Origin: the human T2T-CHM13v2.0 reference genome, Homo sapiens
NCBI RefSeq assembly: GCF_009914755.1
Contig: NC_060931.1
Length of the DNA: 64,000 bases
Direction: 5' to 3' (one strand)
Shown: piece by piece, positions 1 through 13,908 of the stretch
How positions within the stretch are numbered: the stretch's first letter is position 1
Layout: each line of letters opens with the position of its first letter
Translations under genes and position numbers: made by a program
The notes under the pieces: generated by a model
The model's input: only the letters and a program-made list of their open reading frames with translations
Told to the model about the DNA's origin: nothing
Database searches by the model: none

Positions 1-2
1 AC

Positions 3-448
<446 letters not shown>

Positions 449-787
449 TCAATTTTCTTATCTGCTGACTGTGGATAAAGCTATTCGGAGGATCAAATTA
501 AATAACCTTTGTAGAGCAATTCCAGGAAGTATAAAGTTCATAATACATGTAAGACATGTCATTTTGAATAAAACCGCAGTTTGAAAATTTATGGAACGTT
601 TGCTCCAAAGGCACTTCAAGCGTCTAACAATGATTCATATCTCTTGGAACTACAAATGCTACATGAGCAGTTCAGTTAATGGGCGAAAATGTACCTCCAG
701 TATTCGTGGCTCTGAGGGAAGCACAAATCTAGAGACCTCTTAGTCCTTGTTTTGTCTTCTAGGACAGAATTTAACAGTGGATCACCA

Positions 788-1163
788 TGTGTTATAAACC
801 AAGTTTTGTCCCCCGCTGAAATTCATATTTTGAAGCCCCAAGCCTCATTGTGATGCTATTTGGAGATGAGGCCTTTCGGAGGTAATCAGGTTTATTTGAG
901 GTAATGAAGGTGAAACTCTTATAATGGGATCAGGGTCCTTATAGGAGAGGAAGAGACACAAGCTCTCCCTCTCTCTGTCATGTGAGGATATAGCAAGAAT
1001 GAGGCCATCTGCAAGCCAGGAAGAGAGCCCTCACCAAGAACCAAATCTGCGTTTACCTTAATCTTGGACTTCCCAGCCTCTAGAACTATGAGACATAAAG
1101 GTCTGTTGTTTAAGCCTCTCCATCTATGGCATTTTGATATAGCACCCCTAGCTGGCTGAGATA
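788..1163 (+). mobile_element. MaLR LTR, MLT1A-like
   Basis: aaattcata..gaagccc, ggccatctgcaagccaggaagagagccctcacc, ttggacttcccagcctctagaact hallmark blocks. Confidence 0.85.
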
Positions 1164-1194
1164 CTGTGGAAAGTATGAAAACATGGTCATATTA

Positions 1195-1595
1195 AGATGG
1201 CTGAAGGAGTGGGTGTGTTTAGCCTGGAAAAAAAAAGAAGATAAAAGGACGGTTAATGATATGTCTTGATAATGTCTTGTAATATTTGAAAATTACATGA
1301 TAATGATATGTCTTGATAATGTCTTGTAATATTTGAAAATTACATGAAAGTGTAATCTGCATGATTGATGTAGAAGAAAAAAATAAGATCATTGGGTAGA
1401 AGAAACAAAGGTACCCATTTTTGAAATTTTATTTATTTGAACTATAAACCAGGAATGCAGTGTACCACAAGGTGGTGGACTCTTTGTCCCTGGGAGAATA
1501 CAGTATAAGCTGGGTCGCCATCACTCTGGAATTTCTGCACCAAATGGGGTTGTGGGGCTAGCTGACCTCTCCTTTCTTCCAACCCAAGATTCTAA
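1195..1595 (+). mobile_element. L3/CR1 LINE 3' fragment
   Basis: ctgaaggag...gtttagcctgga and gctag.tgacctct...ttccaaccc.agattcta resemble the CR1/L3 3' end. Confidence 0.55.
1254..1347. repeat. Perfect 47-bp tandem duplication
   Basis: taatgatatgtcttgataatgtcttgtaatatttgaaaattacatga at 1254-1300 and 1301-1347. Confidence 0.97.
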
Positions 1596-1954
1596 GTTGG
1601 ACTGCAGGTGTACTAATTGTCCTAATACTTAGGGAACATTTTACTCCATTCTCTTCCACCAAGCAGCAGCTGATACAATTGAACTCTTAAAATTTCATTC
1701 AAGATATTAATAACCTTTGGACATCATGTCAGGGAAGCACTGAAAATGCAGGAGGGAAAATGTCAAAATCATCATCATAATTCAGTTGTCAACAAATATC
1801 AAGATCATCGTACTGATATATGAACTAGGGAATCAATGATGATTTGACATGAGTTAATGAAACGGCGCTTACCCATTTCTGACATGTCACCAGGAGATTT
1901 CTGTATGCACAGTAGAATATGATGCTAAATTTGGCCAGTGCAGTTTATAATGCA

Positions 1955-2550
1955 CTCATTCATTCATTGACTCACTTTGGTCATTCAGCCGTCCAATCGT
2001 ATCTATGATATTTACGAGGTGTTTGCTATGTGCAAGACACAAAGATGCCTTCCTGTTCACAAGAGACCAGTGCTCACGCAAGTGAGCAGTCAAGGGCACA
2101 TAGACTATGATATCAGAAATGTTGTGGTTGAGATTTTCACCAGCCTCTGACTTTCTGGGTTGGATAGTGTCCAGAAAGGATTTCCGGGGCTCTGTTGAGT
2201 AGCAGGGAAGACTGGCAGTGGTCCTGAAGGGCAGCAGCTTTTTAGAACCATCAGAGGAAGGTTTGGGTACCTTAAACAAAGGAAACAGCAGAGGACGAGG
2301 CTGGGCAAGGACTCCACTAATAAGCAGCTTTGCATATTACGTGAAAACTTTGGGATTATTTTCCATAGGCAGCAGGAAGGCACTAATGAATTTCAAGCAA
2401 GCAGTGTTCAGATTTGCATGTTGGAAAGCTCACTCCGAAGATGGTGTTAGGAGTTGCCTGCAATAACTCAAGTAAGCGGTGGCTTGAGCTTGCATCTGGG
2501 TGGTGGCAGAAGAGATGGAGAGGTGAGAATAGGGTCAGGAGATATTCAGA
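1955..2550 (-). mobile_element. L2 LINE fragments
   Basis: tcattcattcatt tail, ctatgtgcaagacac, cagatttgcat..tggaaagctcact. Confidence 0.6.
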
Positions 2551-2563
2551 GTTCACACCAAGA

Positions 2564-2876
<313 letters not shown>

Positions 2877-4370
2877 TCATTTGAGTAACAATTTAAAAAA
2901 TATTATATTTATTAATTTAATGTATATATGAATTTAAAAATATATGCGTGCGTGTATATATATATACACATACGCATGTGAATTTAAAAATATACATATA
3001 GCACACATATTTAGCATAAATTTTGTGTACATGTAATAATTGAAGTGCTTATTATAGTGCTTTGTGTCTAATAGACATTTGTCATTTGAACTAATTATCA
3101 CTAATAATTGTATCCAAAATGGGGCTATCTTTTCTTTTGGCAATATTTCCTGACAAGCTCTTGTGTTCCATTGATCTTGCCTATCCTTTCCTAGTCCATT
3201 ATTTCACCTTCTTAATTATTGGAGTTTTTCAGTGTGTGTTAATAGCTGGAAGGATAAACTGTATTTTTCAGATACTTACCTTTATTACCATACTGGATTC
3301 TAAGAGGTGGCTCCTCAAACCCCCAGGAGTACATTGAAATTGGCCAGGAGTAAACCTGGAATGTTGCTCACTGTTAAGCTTATGGCTGCAATGGCTGCAA
3401 TTTGTGCATTGTCTATAAGTTTTATTGACTTCCAGATGATCTAGCATAAGGTAGGATCTCCCTGAGACGCGGACCGGCAGGAGGGCTCTGGCCTCTCTGC
3501 AGAAACTTCCAAACAAATGCCTGCCCAGTGGAAGACGGGCTGCATGACATGCTGGCTCTTTGGCTTAGAGAGAGAGAGATTTACTGCATGCTGGGCTGGG
3601 GCTGCTGAGATGATGAGGAGCTTTATGAGTTGACAAGGCACCAGATTGCATTTTGCTGTGGTCACCATCTATCCTGGAGTTTGTGCCTCCATCGTGTGTA
3701 CCATCTCTATTTCTAAAAGAATAATGCTGGTTATCTGTAAACCCATAAGTTTCCGCTGTAACCCTGGAGAAAATCATGTCCTCATTTGTATGAAGGAAGG
3801 TGGGAAGGCAGCTCAGAGTCAATTTACAACCTTGACTCTTTTGTTTTGCCACCACCATCGAGCCTTCATAGCTTGGGCTGAACTTAACCACAGACATCGG
3901 CAGAGTGATGTGCTCTTGCTGAGCGGTGATCAACCGTGTGGCCCTCAGAGGATTTCTGGGTTCTGTGTGAGATGGAGCTGCTCCATCATTCACACAAGAT
4001 GTCGTGCAAAAATGAGTCGTTGGCTTGCCTGCACTAGAAGGGAATTTCTAAAATTTCAAAAGTGGAGGTTATTTTTATTTATGTTTCAAAAACTGGATGA
4101 CTACCTGAGAAAACATATATTTTACAGCCTCACCTGCCAACGTATATTTAAAATTTCCTCCCAGTCTTCATACCACTTTAGTGATTATTGCTTTATTTTC
4201 TAGCTTAATATCAGAGAAGGCTACCCCTTTTCTGTCTTTTGTTTTTTTAAAACAATTCTAAATTTTCTAACGTCTGTGTTCTTCTAGGTTAATTTTAGAA
4301 CGTTTTATTGTGTTGCAGAAAAAAAAATCCCCTTTGAAATTATGTGAAACCTATGTATTAAAAAGGCAGT

Positions 4371-4687
4371 GGATGGGTACAGTGGCTCATGCCTGTAATC
4401 CCAGTACTTTGGGAAGCTGAGGCGGGGGGATCGCTTGAGTCCAGGAGTTTGGGACCTGCTTGGGCAACATAGGGAGACCTCATCTCTACAAAAGTTAAGA
4501 AAATTAGCCATGCAGGATGGTGCATGACTGTATTCCTAGCTTCGCAGGAGGCTGAAAAAAGGAAGATCCCTCGAGCCCAGTAGCTCAAGGCTGCAGTGAG
4601 GTAAGATCACCCCCACTACACTCCAGCCTGGGTGACAGAGTGAGACCCCAACTCGAAAGAAAGAAAGCAAGAAAGAGAGAGAGAGAG
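4371..4687 (+). mobile_element. Alu (J-type) with GA-rich tail
   Basis: Alu dimer motifs. Confidence 0.9.
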
Positions 4688-5390
4688 GATCTCCTAACAA
4701 TCTCCCAACATTCCAACTTCCAACTCAAAGACGTGTTCTTCTCTGCCACTTATATATGTCTTATTTTATTGCATTTAGTAAAATTTTCAAATATTCTTCT
4801 TACTGGTTAAAGTTATTCCTAGGTATACTGTAATATTTGTTACTTTTAGAAATAGATTTACTTACATTGTATATTCTAGTTGGTTTTTGCTGAATTAAAA
4901 AACACTATTAATATGAGATGTCTACTTGCCCCAGCCTGGGCATCCTTTTCTAGTGACAGCTGTATCTCGTGACTCATTTCCTTATCACCCTAGAAACACT
5001 TACTTCACTGACACTGTCTCAGAGGTCACCAGTGCCTTTCATTGCCACACCAAAGGGCTCTTTTCAGGCTTAATTCTCTGTGACATTCATCAGTAGAGAT
5101 TCTCTTCTTTGTGACCATAAATATACTACAATATTTAATATATTCAACACCTCTTTTCCTATTAGATGCTTTCCTTATGGATATTTAATTTGCTTTCTTA
5201 AAGTGAAATACTCAGTTTGTAATAGATGGCCTGAAGCTGGTTCTCCAGATCTAATCTCTATTCATCCATCTACCTAACAGTTTTTAAGAACTCTTTGTGT
5301 GTCAGGCACTGGAGGTGACCACATGTATGCCATTAAGGAGAGCACCTAAACATGGGACCACAGGAGAAGTCTTCCAGTTGTGATTGGTAG

Positions 5391-5751
5391 TACATCAGTC
5401 CCTTTTCACGCTGCTGATAAAGACATACCCAAGACTGGGTAATTTATAAAGAAAAAGAGGTATAATGGACTCACAGTTTCACATGGTTGGGGAAGCCTCA
5501 CAATCATGGTGGAAGGGGAAAGGCATGTCTTACGTGGCAGCAGACAAGAGAGAATGAGAGCCAATTGAAAGGGGAACCCCTTACAAAACCATCAGCTCTC
5601 ATGAGGCTTATTTACTACCACGAGAACAGTATGGGGAAAACTGCCCCCGTGATTCAGTTATCTCCCACTGGGTCCCTCCCACAACATGTGGGAATTATGG
5701 GAGCTACAATTAAAAATGAGATTTGGGTGAGGACATAGCCAAACCATATCA
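5391..5751 (-). mobile_element. THE1 solo LTR (MaLR)
   Basis: gctgataaagacatacccaagactggg...gagatttgggtg..gacatagccaaaccatatca; 5-bp TSD GGTAG at 5386-5390 and 5752-5756. Confidence 0.93.
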
Positions 5752-5799
5752 GGTAGGATGCTGTATCTGTGAGGATACAGATACAGCATCAAGACTTTC

Positions 5800-6300
5800 C
5801 TTTCTGGCAGGAGACAGGTAGCACACTCAGAAGGGGCAATTAAAGAGAGGTTACCAAAATATTTACAAAGATTGTGAAGGGTTAAGGGAAACCAATAAGG
5901 AATGACAAGGGTTAGTGAATGACCCCAGGGCTAGCAACAGAGAGGGAAGAAATTGCCACCCTAAGGTCTGCAGAGGCAAGAGGAGGGAGTGGTTAACAGA
6001 ATGCAAGGATAGCTGTAAACCTAAGAGAGGCATGCCTGATAACAACTGGATTATAGAAGATTTAGTACCTTCTACTAAACCCCAGCCCAGTAGGGAAAGA
6101 GATGGGAGAATAAGTACACCTCTCTCTCTTTCCATCCATCTGTCAAGAAGTGTCCTTATGTTGCCTCCTATTGGTTCATCTCAACCCAAAGCCAGGGGGG
6201 CAGGTGAACCTATAGCTGTCCCTATAGGTCTTTCTCCTAGAGTATGCAACTGGGAGAAAAAGGATGGAGAATAGATCTGGAGTGAAGCATGAAGGATATT
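5800..6300 (-). mobile_element. Old ERVL-class LTR relic (LTR33/LTR16-like; subfamily uncertain)
   Basis: gcaggagacaggtagcacactc...tatttacaaag...gggttaagggaaaccaa...ccagggctagcaacag resembles an old ERVL LTR. Confidence 0.45.
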
Positions 6301-6402
6301 TGATATGGTTGCAGTAGGATGACTGACCTTAATCTGTCCTTCCTCTCTTTATCTTCGAGTTCTTACCTAATAGTGCCACTTGGCTTTAACTGTCGTCAGC
6401 TG

Positions 6403-6478
6403 TTAGGTGCAAAAGTTATTGCTGTCTTTGCCATTACTTTTAGTGGCAAAAACGACAATTAGTTTTGCACCAACTTAA
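6403..6478. mobile_element. MADE1 mariner (Hsmar1) MITE, palindromic
   Basis: ggtgcaaaagttattgc..tttgccattacttttagtggcaaaaac..caatta.ttttgcaccaac.taa matches the MADE1 consensus. Confidence 0.9.
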
Positions 6479-7660
6479 TAAAATAACTCAGGCGGAAAAG
6501 AAGGGAACAATGAATTCTCGCAGGCCTGGTGCCAAGAAGCCACCCCATTCTCTTCCTGCTTTCTCTCTTTGCTGCTGCTTCTCCCCCTTTGACTTTGTGA
6601 CTACTCTGCCTACAAGTTCAGTTTCATTCCTCAAAGATTGCGGCTGCCTCTGACGACTGAGCAAGGGGCACTTGCAGAAAAGAAGGTTTCTTGGGTACAC
6701 GAAATCATCCCAACTTGCTCCAACGGCAACCTTTCCTGGCTAAGTTAAGACCAACTTGAGTTCGGCTGGTGGACTTGAACTCTTATTTATCTTTGCCAAC
6801 AGTTTCTGGGGCCTGCAAAATAAGCACGTTAAAATACCAGTGATTTTTTTTTTTTTTTTTGCTGCTTTGTTGAACCTTTGTGGCAGATTAAGTGGGGGTG
6901 AAAATGGAAGCACATGGACCAAAAAATATGTAATTCACAGGTGTCACATCGCACTGTGAGGAATGATCTTTTTGGAGGCTGTTAAGTGAATGCCTTTCAT
7001 AATGGAAGCAATAATGCCACATAAGGAGAAAAAAATCTCATTGGGACCATCATTCCCTGTGTCTCCTTGGTGGGATATGCATGCATGCTTAGTCTTAATT
7101 TCTATACTGTTTTATAAAAAAAATTCTCCTTCTGGCCCCTCTGACTGCATTGGAAAGGCTGCCCAGGGGGTTGTGCTAGGCAAACACATCTGAAATGCAT
7201 TTTAGCTCTAAGGTGGAATTTAATGACTTGGGATTGGAAGCTCTCTATTTAGATGGAACAAAAGATATGCTGTATCGTCAAGTGAAGAAAAAGACAAGCC
7301 AACCCAACCACACAGATTAAGTTAGAGGAAGAATCAGAGGTTTTTCTGTGGGAGCTGCCCAGTTAAGTCAAAGGTCAGGAATTCTGTCCCATTCTGATAG
7401 TGTCTCTTGCCTTGACCCTTGGGAGTGTGTGGCTTGTGAGGGGAAGTTAGCAAGTACTGGGGAAGGGAAAGGGAAAATCCAGGGCGAATGAGTAAGAGCA
7501 CACAGAATAAAGAGGAAAAAAGCATGCTTGGTAGTCTTTTAGCTGTCTTTTTCATCATGCAGTATTGGACACATTATATGTATGACCTATATATGTCAGG
7601 CTGTAATCGTACACTGAGGAACAGCTGTGCCCATCTCGCAGCTTTACAGTGGAGCGTGTC

Positions 7661-8046
7661 TGTATTAGTCCGTTCTCCTACTGCTATTAAAAACTACCCG
7701 AGACTGTGTAATTTATGACGAAAAGAGGTTTAATTCCCTCACTTCCGCAGGCTGTACAGGAAGCATGGTTTGGAGGCCTCAGGAAACTTAGAATCATGGC
7801 AGAAGGCGAAAGGGAAGCAGGCACAATCTTCACATGGACAGAGCCAGGAGAGAGAGAGAGAGAGAAGGGGGAAGTGCTACACACTTTTAAACAACCAGGT
7901 CTCATGAGAACTCACTCTATCACAAGAACAGCAAGAGGGAAATTCGACCCCATGATGTAGTCACCTCCCATCAGGTCCCTACCCCAACACTGGGGATTAT
8001 AATTCAATATGAGATTTGGGTAAGGAGACAGAGCCAAGCCATATCA
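7661..8046 (-). mobile_element. MSTA-like solo LTR (MaLR)
   Basis: tgtattagtccgttctc...ggaggcctcaggaaactta...gagatttggg...ccatatca. Confidence 0.9.
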
Positions 8047-8087
8047 ATGGCCATATACCTTGGAGGTCCTTTGGGTGTCCTCCAAGA

Positions 8088-8196
8088 ATATATATATGTA
8101 TATATATATGTATATGTGTGTGTGTGTGTATATATATACGTATATGTGTGTGTGTATATATATACATATATGTGTGTATATATACATGTATATATA

Positions 8197-8197
<1 letters not shown>
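8088..8197. repeat. (TA/TG)n compound microsatellite (Alu tail)
   Basis: Seen directly. Confidence 0.95.
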
Positions 8198-8527
<330 letters not shown>

Positions 8528-8556
8528 TTATTTTTTTTCCAGAGATAAGGTCTTCT

Positions 8557-8870
8557 TATTTTTTATTTTATTTATTTATTTTCAAAGACAGGGTCTCACT
8601 CTGTCATCCAGGCTGGAGTGCAGTGGTGTAATCATAGCTCATTGCAGGCTTGAACTCCTGAGCTCAAGCAATCCTACCTCCTCAGCCTCTCAAGGAGCTG
8701 GGACTATAGGCACAGGCCACCACACTGGCTAATTTGTTTATTTTTTGTAGAGATGGTGTGGGGTCTCATTATGATGCCCAGGCTCCTCTCCAACTCCTGG
8801 GCTCAAGCAGTTCCTCTGCCTCGGCCTCCCAAAGCACTGGGATTACAGGCATGAGCCTCTGCACTTGGCC
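8557..8870 (-). mobile_element. Alu (J-type)
   Basis: Full dimer. Confidence 0.92.
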
Positions 8871-9578
8871 TGCTTGCTTCTTATTAAGACATTTCTCTCT
8901 TCCTTAAGTCTCAGTCTCTTGAAGTCTTGGGGTTCAAATATAGCATAACTGAGAGGCCGTGCATATAGAGCAGAAAAGAAAAAAGTTTCGCCGGATGCAA
9001 TTCCTCCTGTTTGGTGGAAATAGACAAGGGATAGGGTAGTCAGTGAGCACTTGCTGAACATTGCCTATCCTTCCCCTTCTTGCTCCTGGGCTCTCCTCTC
9101 TGCACCCTCTGCCACGGCTCTAGCCTGCTTGTCCTGATGGCAGTGAGGTTTGTATCTCAGGCCACCTCTGCTGTCTGAACCTCCATTCTCATGTGCTTCA
9201 ATTTTCCACTGGACTCTGACGCCATCTGGATGTCCCACGGATGCCTCGTGTACCACATGTGAAGAATGGAACTCATTGTCTTCTCACACTCTCTTCTGTA
9301 TGCCCTGTCTTTTTGGGCAGTGTTATCACTCACCTGGAAACTCAGTTTTGCTCAGTTCCTCCTTCTCTTTCAGCCTTATCTCTTGTTTATCTCCTACCCT
9401 GGGATGGTATCTCTTAAACAACCCTCAAATCTCTCCATTCCTTTTGATCACTGACCGCTGCCTTAAAATAAGCTTCCTGCCATCTCTCGCACAGGCTGCT
9501 GCAAGAATTCTGCAACAGGTCTCATAATCTGCCTCAGAGCCCGGCCTTTATCCTCCTTTAATTGCCATGGAACCTTTA

Positions 9579-9893
<315 letters not shown>

Positions 9894-9914
9894 TTCCTAC
9901 GTTCCTACATTCTC

Positions 9915-10065
9915 AGACCCAGTGTCCTCGTTTGTGAAACAGAGATTGTAATAATACCTTCCCCCTGAGCTTGTCACGGGATTAGATGAGACAATGGTAG
10001 AATAAAAGTGAAAAATTGCTAAATTGCCCACCACATAGTGAGTACTGAATAAATGGTTGCTGTCA
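9915..10065 (+). mobile_element. MIR SINE fragment
   Basis: cagt.tcctc.tttgtgaaa...aataatacct...gattagatgag...acatagtgagtact.aataaatg. Confidence 0.7.
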
Positions 10066-10833
10066 CTACTGTTAGTGCCTGGGGTCAGTCCTTGTGCTGT
10101 TATTGGCCACACTTCAGATCTTGTTACTTTCCTTCTTTATTTGTCACTTATAGATAAAAAGCTAAAGTCAAGGGACCTAGGGCTGCAGAATGACTTTTGT
10201 GGGCCCAGAGACTTTAGCCTAGATGGGCTCCTTCCTCCATATAAAATACTAAAAATTAGATTTTATGACCCTGTTTCTATGATTGTCTTGAGTACTCTCT
10301 GAAGAGCTTGTAATCTTAAATGGCAATTCTCTGATCTCTGGAGACTGTGTAAATTCAGACAAACATATGTGTAGTCTCAAGTCCTGGATTGCAATTTTTG
10401 CCCCTAGTTCTGAGCATATCCATCTTCTTGTTTGTCTCATTACGCTGTTCCTTGGATTTGGGGAAAAAAAAAAATCCAGTCTTTCAGGGACCTAAATTTT
10501 TGCAGATATTTCAGTTTCAATGATATTTCTCAAGAGAACCCAAAATCTCATATCCTGTGCACGCTTGAGCTCTGAAACTGCAGCTTTTAGTTAATGAGCA
10601 ACTCATCCTCTCCCTCTCTGAGAGCAGACATAGACTCAACTCCGATTTTAACTTACCTTGAGGAGTTTCCCTTTCTTTCTTGCAAGGTCACGTATATATT
10701 TTAAATATTTTAAAATCGTTTTATTGAGTGTTTTTAGGTATCTTGCTGGAAAATTCTCATGTTGGATAGCCTTTCATCTTGCTGTGAATAGAATTGTCTA
10801 TCATAAGTGTTCTTTTCTTAACAACTGGTTTGA

Positions 10834-11156
<323 letters not shown>

Positions 11157-11159
11157 ATA

Positions 11160-12035
11160 CTGAGATATACAGCTCATATCACTCATCTATTTAAAAGCGT
11201 ACAGTTTAGTGGCTTGTAGTATCTTCACAAATTTGTGCACCCATCACCATGAGCTAATGCTGTCACATTCCCATTACTCCAGGAAAAAGTGCTATACATA
11301 TTAACAGTCACTGTCCATTTTCTCCCCAAGTTCCCCCTTCCCTACTGAAAGCAACCATGGATCTACTTTCAGGTTATACAGATTTACCTATTCTGTACAT
11401 TTCACATAAATAGAATCACTATATGGTCTTCCGTGACTAGCTTCATTTACTTGTCATAACATTTTCAAAGTTCACTCATGCCATAGCTTGTATCACAACT
11501 TCATTCTTTTATATTGCCCAATATTCCATTGGTCTGGAGATACTATATTTTGTTTCTCCAGTCATCAGTTGATGGACATTTAGCTAATAAGAATAATGCA
11601 ACTGTGAGCATTTGTGCACAAGTTTTTTTGGGGACGAATGTTTCCATTTTTCTTGGGTGGAAATTTCTTAGGAGTGGAATTGCTGGGTCATATGGTAACT
11701 ATATTTAGCATTTTTTGTTTTTGTTTTTGAGACAGAGTCTTGCTCGGTCACCCAGGCTGGAGTGCAGCTGTGGGATTTTTGCTCATTGCCTCCTAAGTAG
11801 CTGGGACTACAGGTGCACATCACCACACTCGGCTAATTTTTGTATTTTTAGTAGAGACTGGGTTTCACCATGTTGGCCAGGCTGGTCTCGAACTCCTCAG
11901 GTGATCACCTCAGCCTCCCAAAGTGCTGGGATTACAGGCGTGAGCCACTGTGCCCAGCCTATATTAAGCATTTTGAAGAACAGCCCAACTGTTTTCCAAA
12001 GTGGCGGGACAACTGTACATTCCCACTAGTAATGT
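11160..12035 (-). mobile_element. L1M (L1MB-like) 3' fragment interrupted by an Alu
   Basis: catcagttgatggacattt, ggagtggaattgctgggtcatatggtaac, actgttttccaaagtgg..cattcccac. Confidence 0.8.
11711..11959 (-). mobile_element. Alu with internal deletions
   Basis: TSD tatatt(t/a)agcatttt; ~40 nt missing between gctcattg and cctcctaagtagc. Confidence 0.9.
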
Positions 12036-12619
12036 TGCATCACAAGTGATTTTAAAACCAAGCACAGGTGTTTGTACTCAACATGGGAAGAATCTTTGTG
12101 GAGTTTTGAGCAGAGTTCAGGGGTTGTCATTTGAAGATGTGTTACACATCAGTGTGGAAGCAGATTCAGCATGAGGGAGCAGGTAGAAAGTGCTGGAGTA
12201 CTCTAATTCTCCGCCGATAGGGTCTCTATGGAGATGGTGGCAGCAAGAAAAGATACCAGGATTCCTGAAGAGCATATTGGACGGTGGAAATGATTCTCAA
12301 GCAGAGAAATGATGCTCGTCTGACGGTGCTCGTTCAACCTTTGCTTTTGATCTTGGTATTACAGAAAATAAATTTCTGTTTTCAGAGAAGCAGGAGAGGG
12401 AATACAAGCTTTGCCACTAGGTGATGGGGAACCGTCTCACTACCGGAGCAGGTTTCCTGGCTCTTGACTTGCTTAGGGGATGTCTTCGTGGGAGATTTGG
12501 ATCCTTCTGGGCGCTTCCGGCTGCCCAGGCTGTGAAAGCCAAGGAGGCTGGTCCTTCTTTCTGTCAGTGGCAGCAATGAAACACTGGATATTGGATCTCC
12601 ATCATTTAAATGGATAAAG

Positions 12620-12662
12620 TGGTGTGTGTGTGTGTGATTGTGTGTGTATGTGTGTATGTGTG
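12620..12662. repeat. (TG)n microsatellite
   Basis: Seen directly. Confidence 0.9.
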
Positions 12663-12971
12663 CTGAGTAGCTGGAACATTTGAAATGGCAGAAGGCAATG
12701 AGAACCCTTAACAACAAAAGTTTTCTAGTTAAGTAATAAAACCTCCCATAACTCCAGGATTTAAAAATTGCCCATCAAGCTGTTTATCCTCTAATGGAAT
12801 AATAGGTTTAAGGTGTCACCATCCTGGGAGCTTGCAATTGCTCAGTGAGGCTTGTTACAGAGGCCTCCAAGTCTACTTGGCACTGTTATCACCCGTGTGG
12901 GTTTTTTCCTCTCCTCTGTGATTTATTCTCAAACATTTTGTATTTCCTCTTGCCATTTAGATAAAATTTAA

Positions 12972-13505
<534 letters not shown>

Positions 13506-13685
13506 TAACCAGACTTTAACCCCAGAACTCTCTGTGACCTTGACCTTCCTCTCAATGGAAATGTTTTCAGGGCCTATACCTGAGTTGGATAAATTGAGGA
13601 CATCATTTTTTCTGTGACAAGTAATGTTAAAATGTCTGTTGAAGCTGCAGCGGAGATTGAGTAATACATCCTGGTATGGTGGTTT

Positions 13686-13718
13686 TCTAATAATTCTTTT
13701 TTCTCCCACTTTTTCTAG
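13686..13718 (+). promoter_or_regulatory. 3' splice site of GALNT17 exon 2 (branch point, polypyrimidine tract, AG)
   Basis: ctaat branch-like motif 13687-13691, then ttctttttttctcccacttttt and ctAG ending at 13718. Confidence 0.85.
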
Positions 13719-13902
13719 GCTTATCCAAATCCCTTGGGCTCATTGAAGGTTATGGTGGGCGGGGTAAAGGGGGCCTTCCGGCTACTCTTTCCCCGGCTGA
13801 AGAAGAAAAGGCTAAGGGACCCCATGAGAAGTATGGCTACAATTCATACCTCAGTGAAAAAATTTCACTGGACCGTTCCATTCCGGATTATCGTCCCACC
13901 AA
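13719..13902 (+). CDS. GALNT17: Internal coding exon (exon 2, 184 nt, phase 1 to phase 2) of polypeptide N-acetylgalactosaminyltransferase 17; stem region leading into the catalytic domain
   Basis: Frame from 13721 reads LSKSLGLIEGYGGRGKGGLPATLSPAEEEKAKGPHEKYGYNSYLSEKISLDRSIPDYRPT(K). It has the ppGalNAc-T motif YGYNxxLSxxISLDRSIPDxR and matches my recall of GALNT17/WBSCR17. Flanked by a pyrimidine tract + ttctAG acceptor and an AA|GTAAGT donor. Absent from the ORF track because it has no start codon. Confidence 0.97.
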
Positions 13903-13908
13903 GTAAGT
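13903..13908 (+). promoter_or_regulatory. 5' splice donor of GALNT17 exon 2
   Basis: GTAAGT consensus immediately after ...cccaccaa. Confidence 0.92.

Noticed and set aside
2940-2980. Imperfect palindrome atgcgtgcgtgtatatatatatacacatacgcat
   Set aside because: Self-complementarity is expected from alternating purine-pyrimidine low-complexity sequence
3565-4203. Overlapping 185-aa (+) and 142-aa (-) ORFs in unique DNA
   Set aside because: The + ORF has a non-ATG start; neither has a recognisable domain or splice/promoter support, and such lengths are expected by chance in 64 kb
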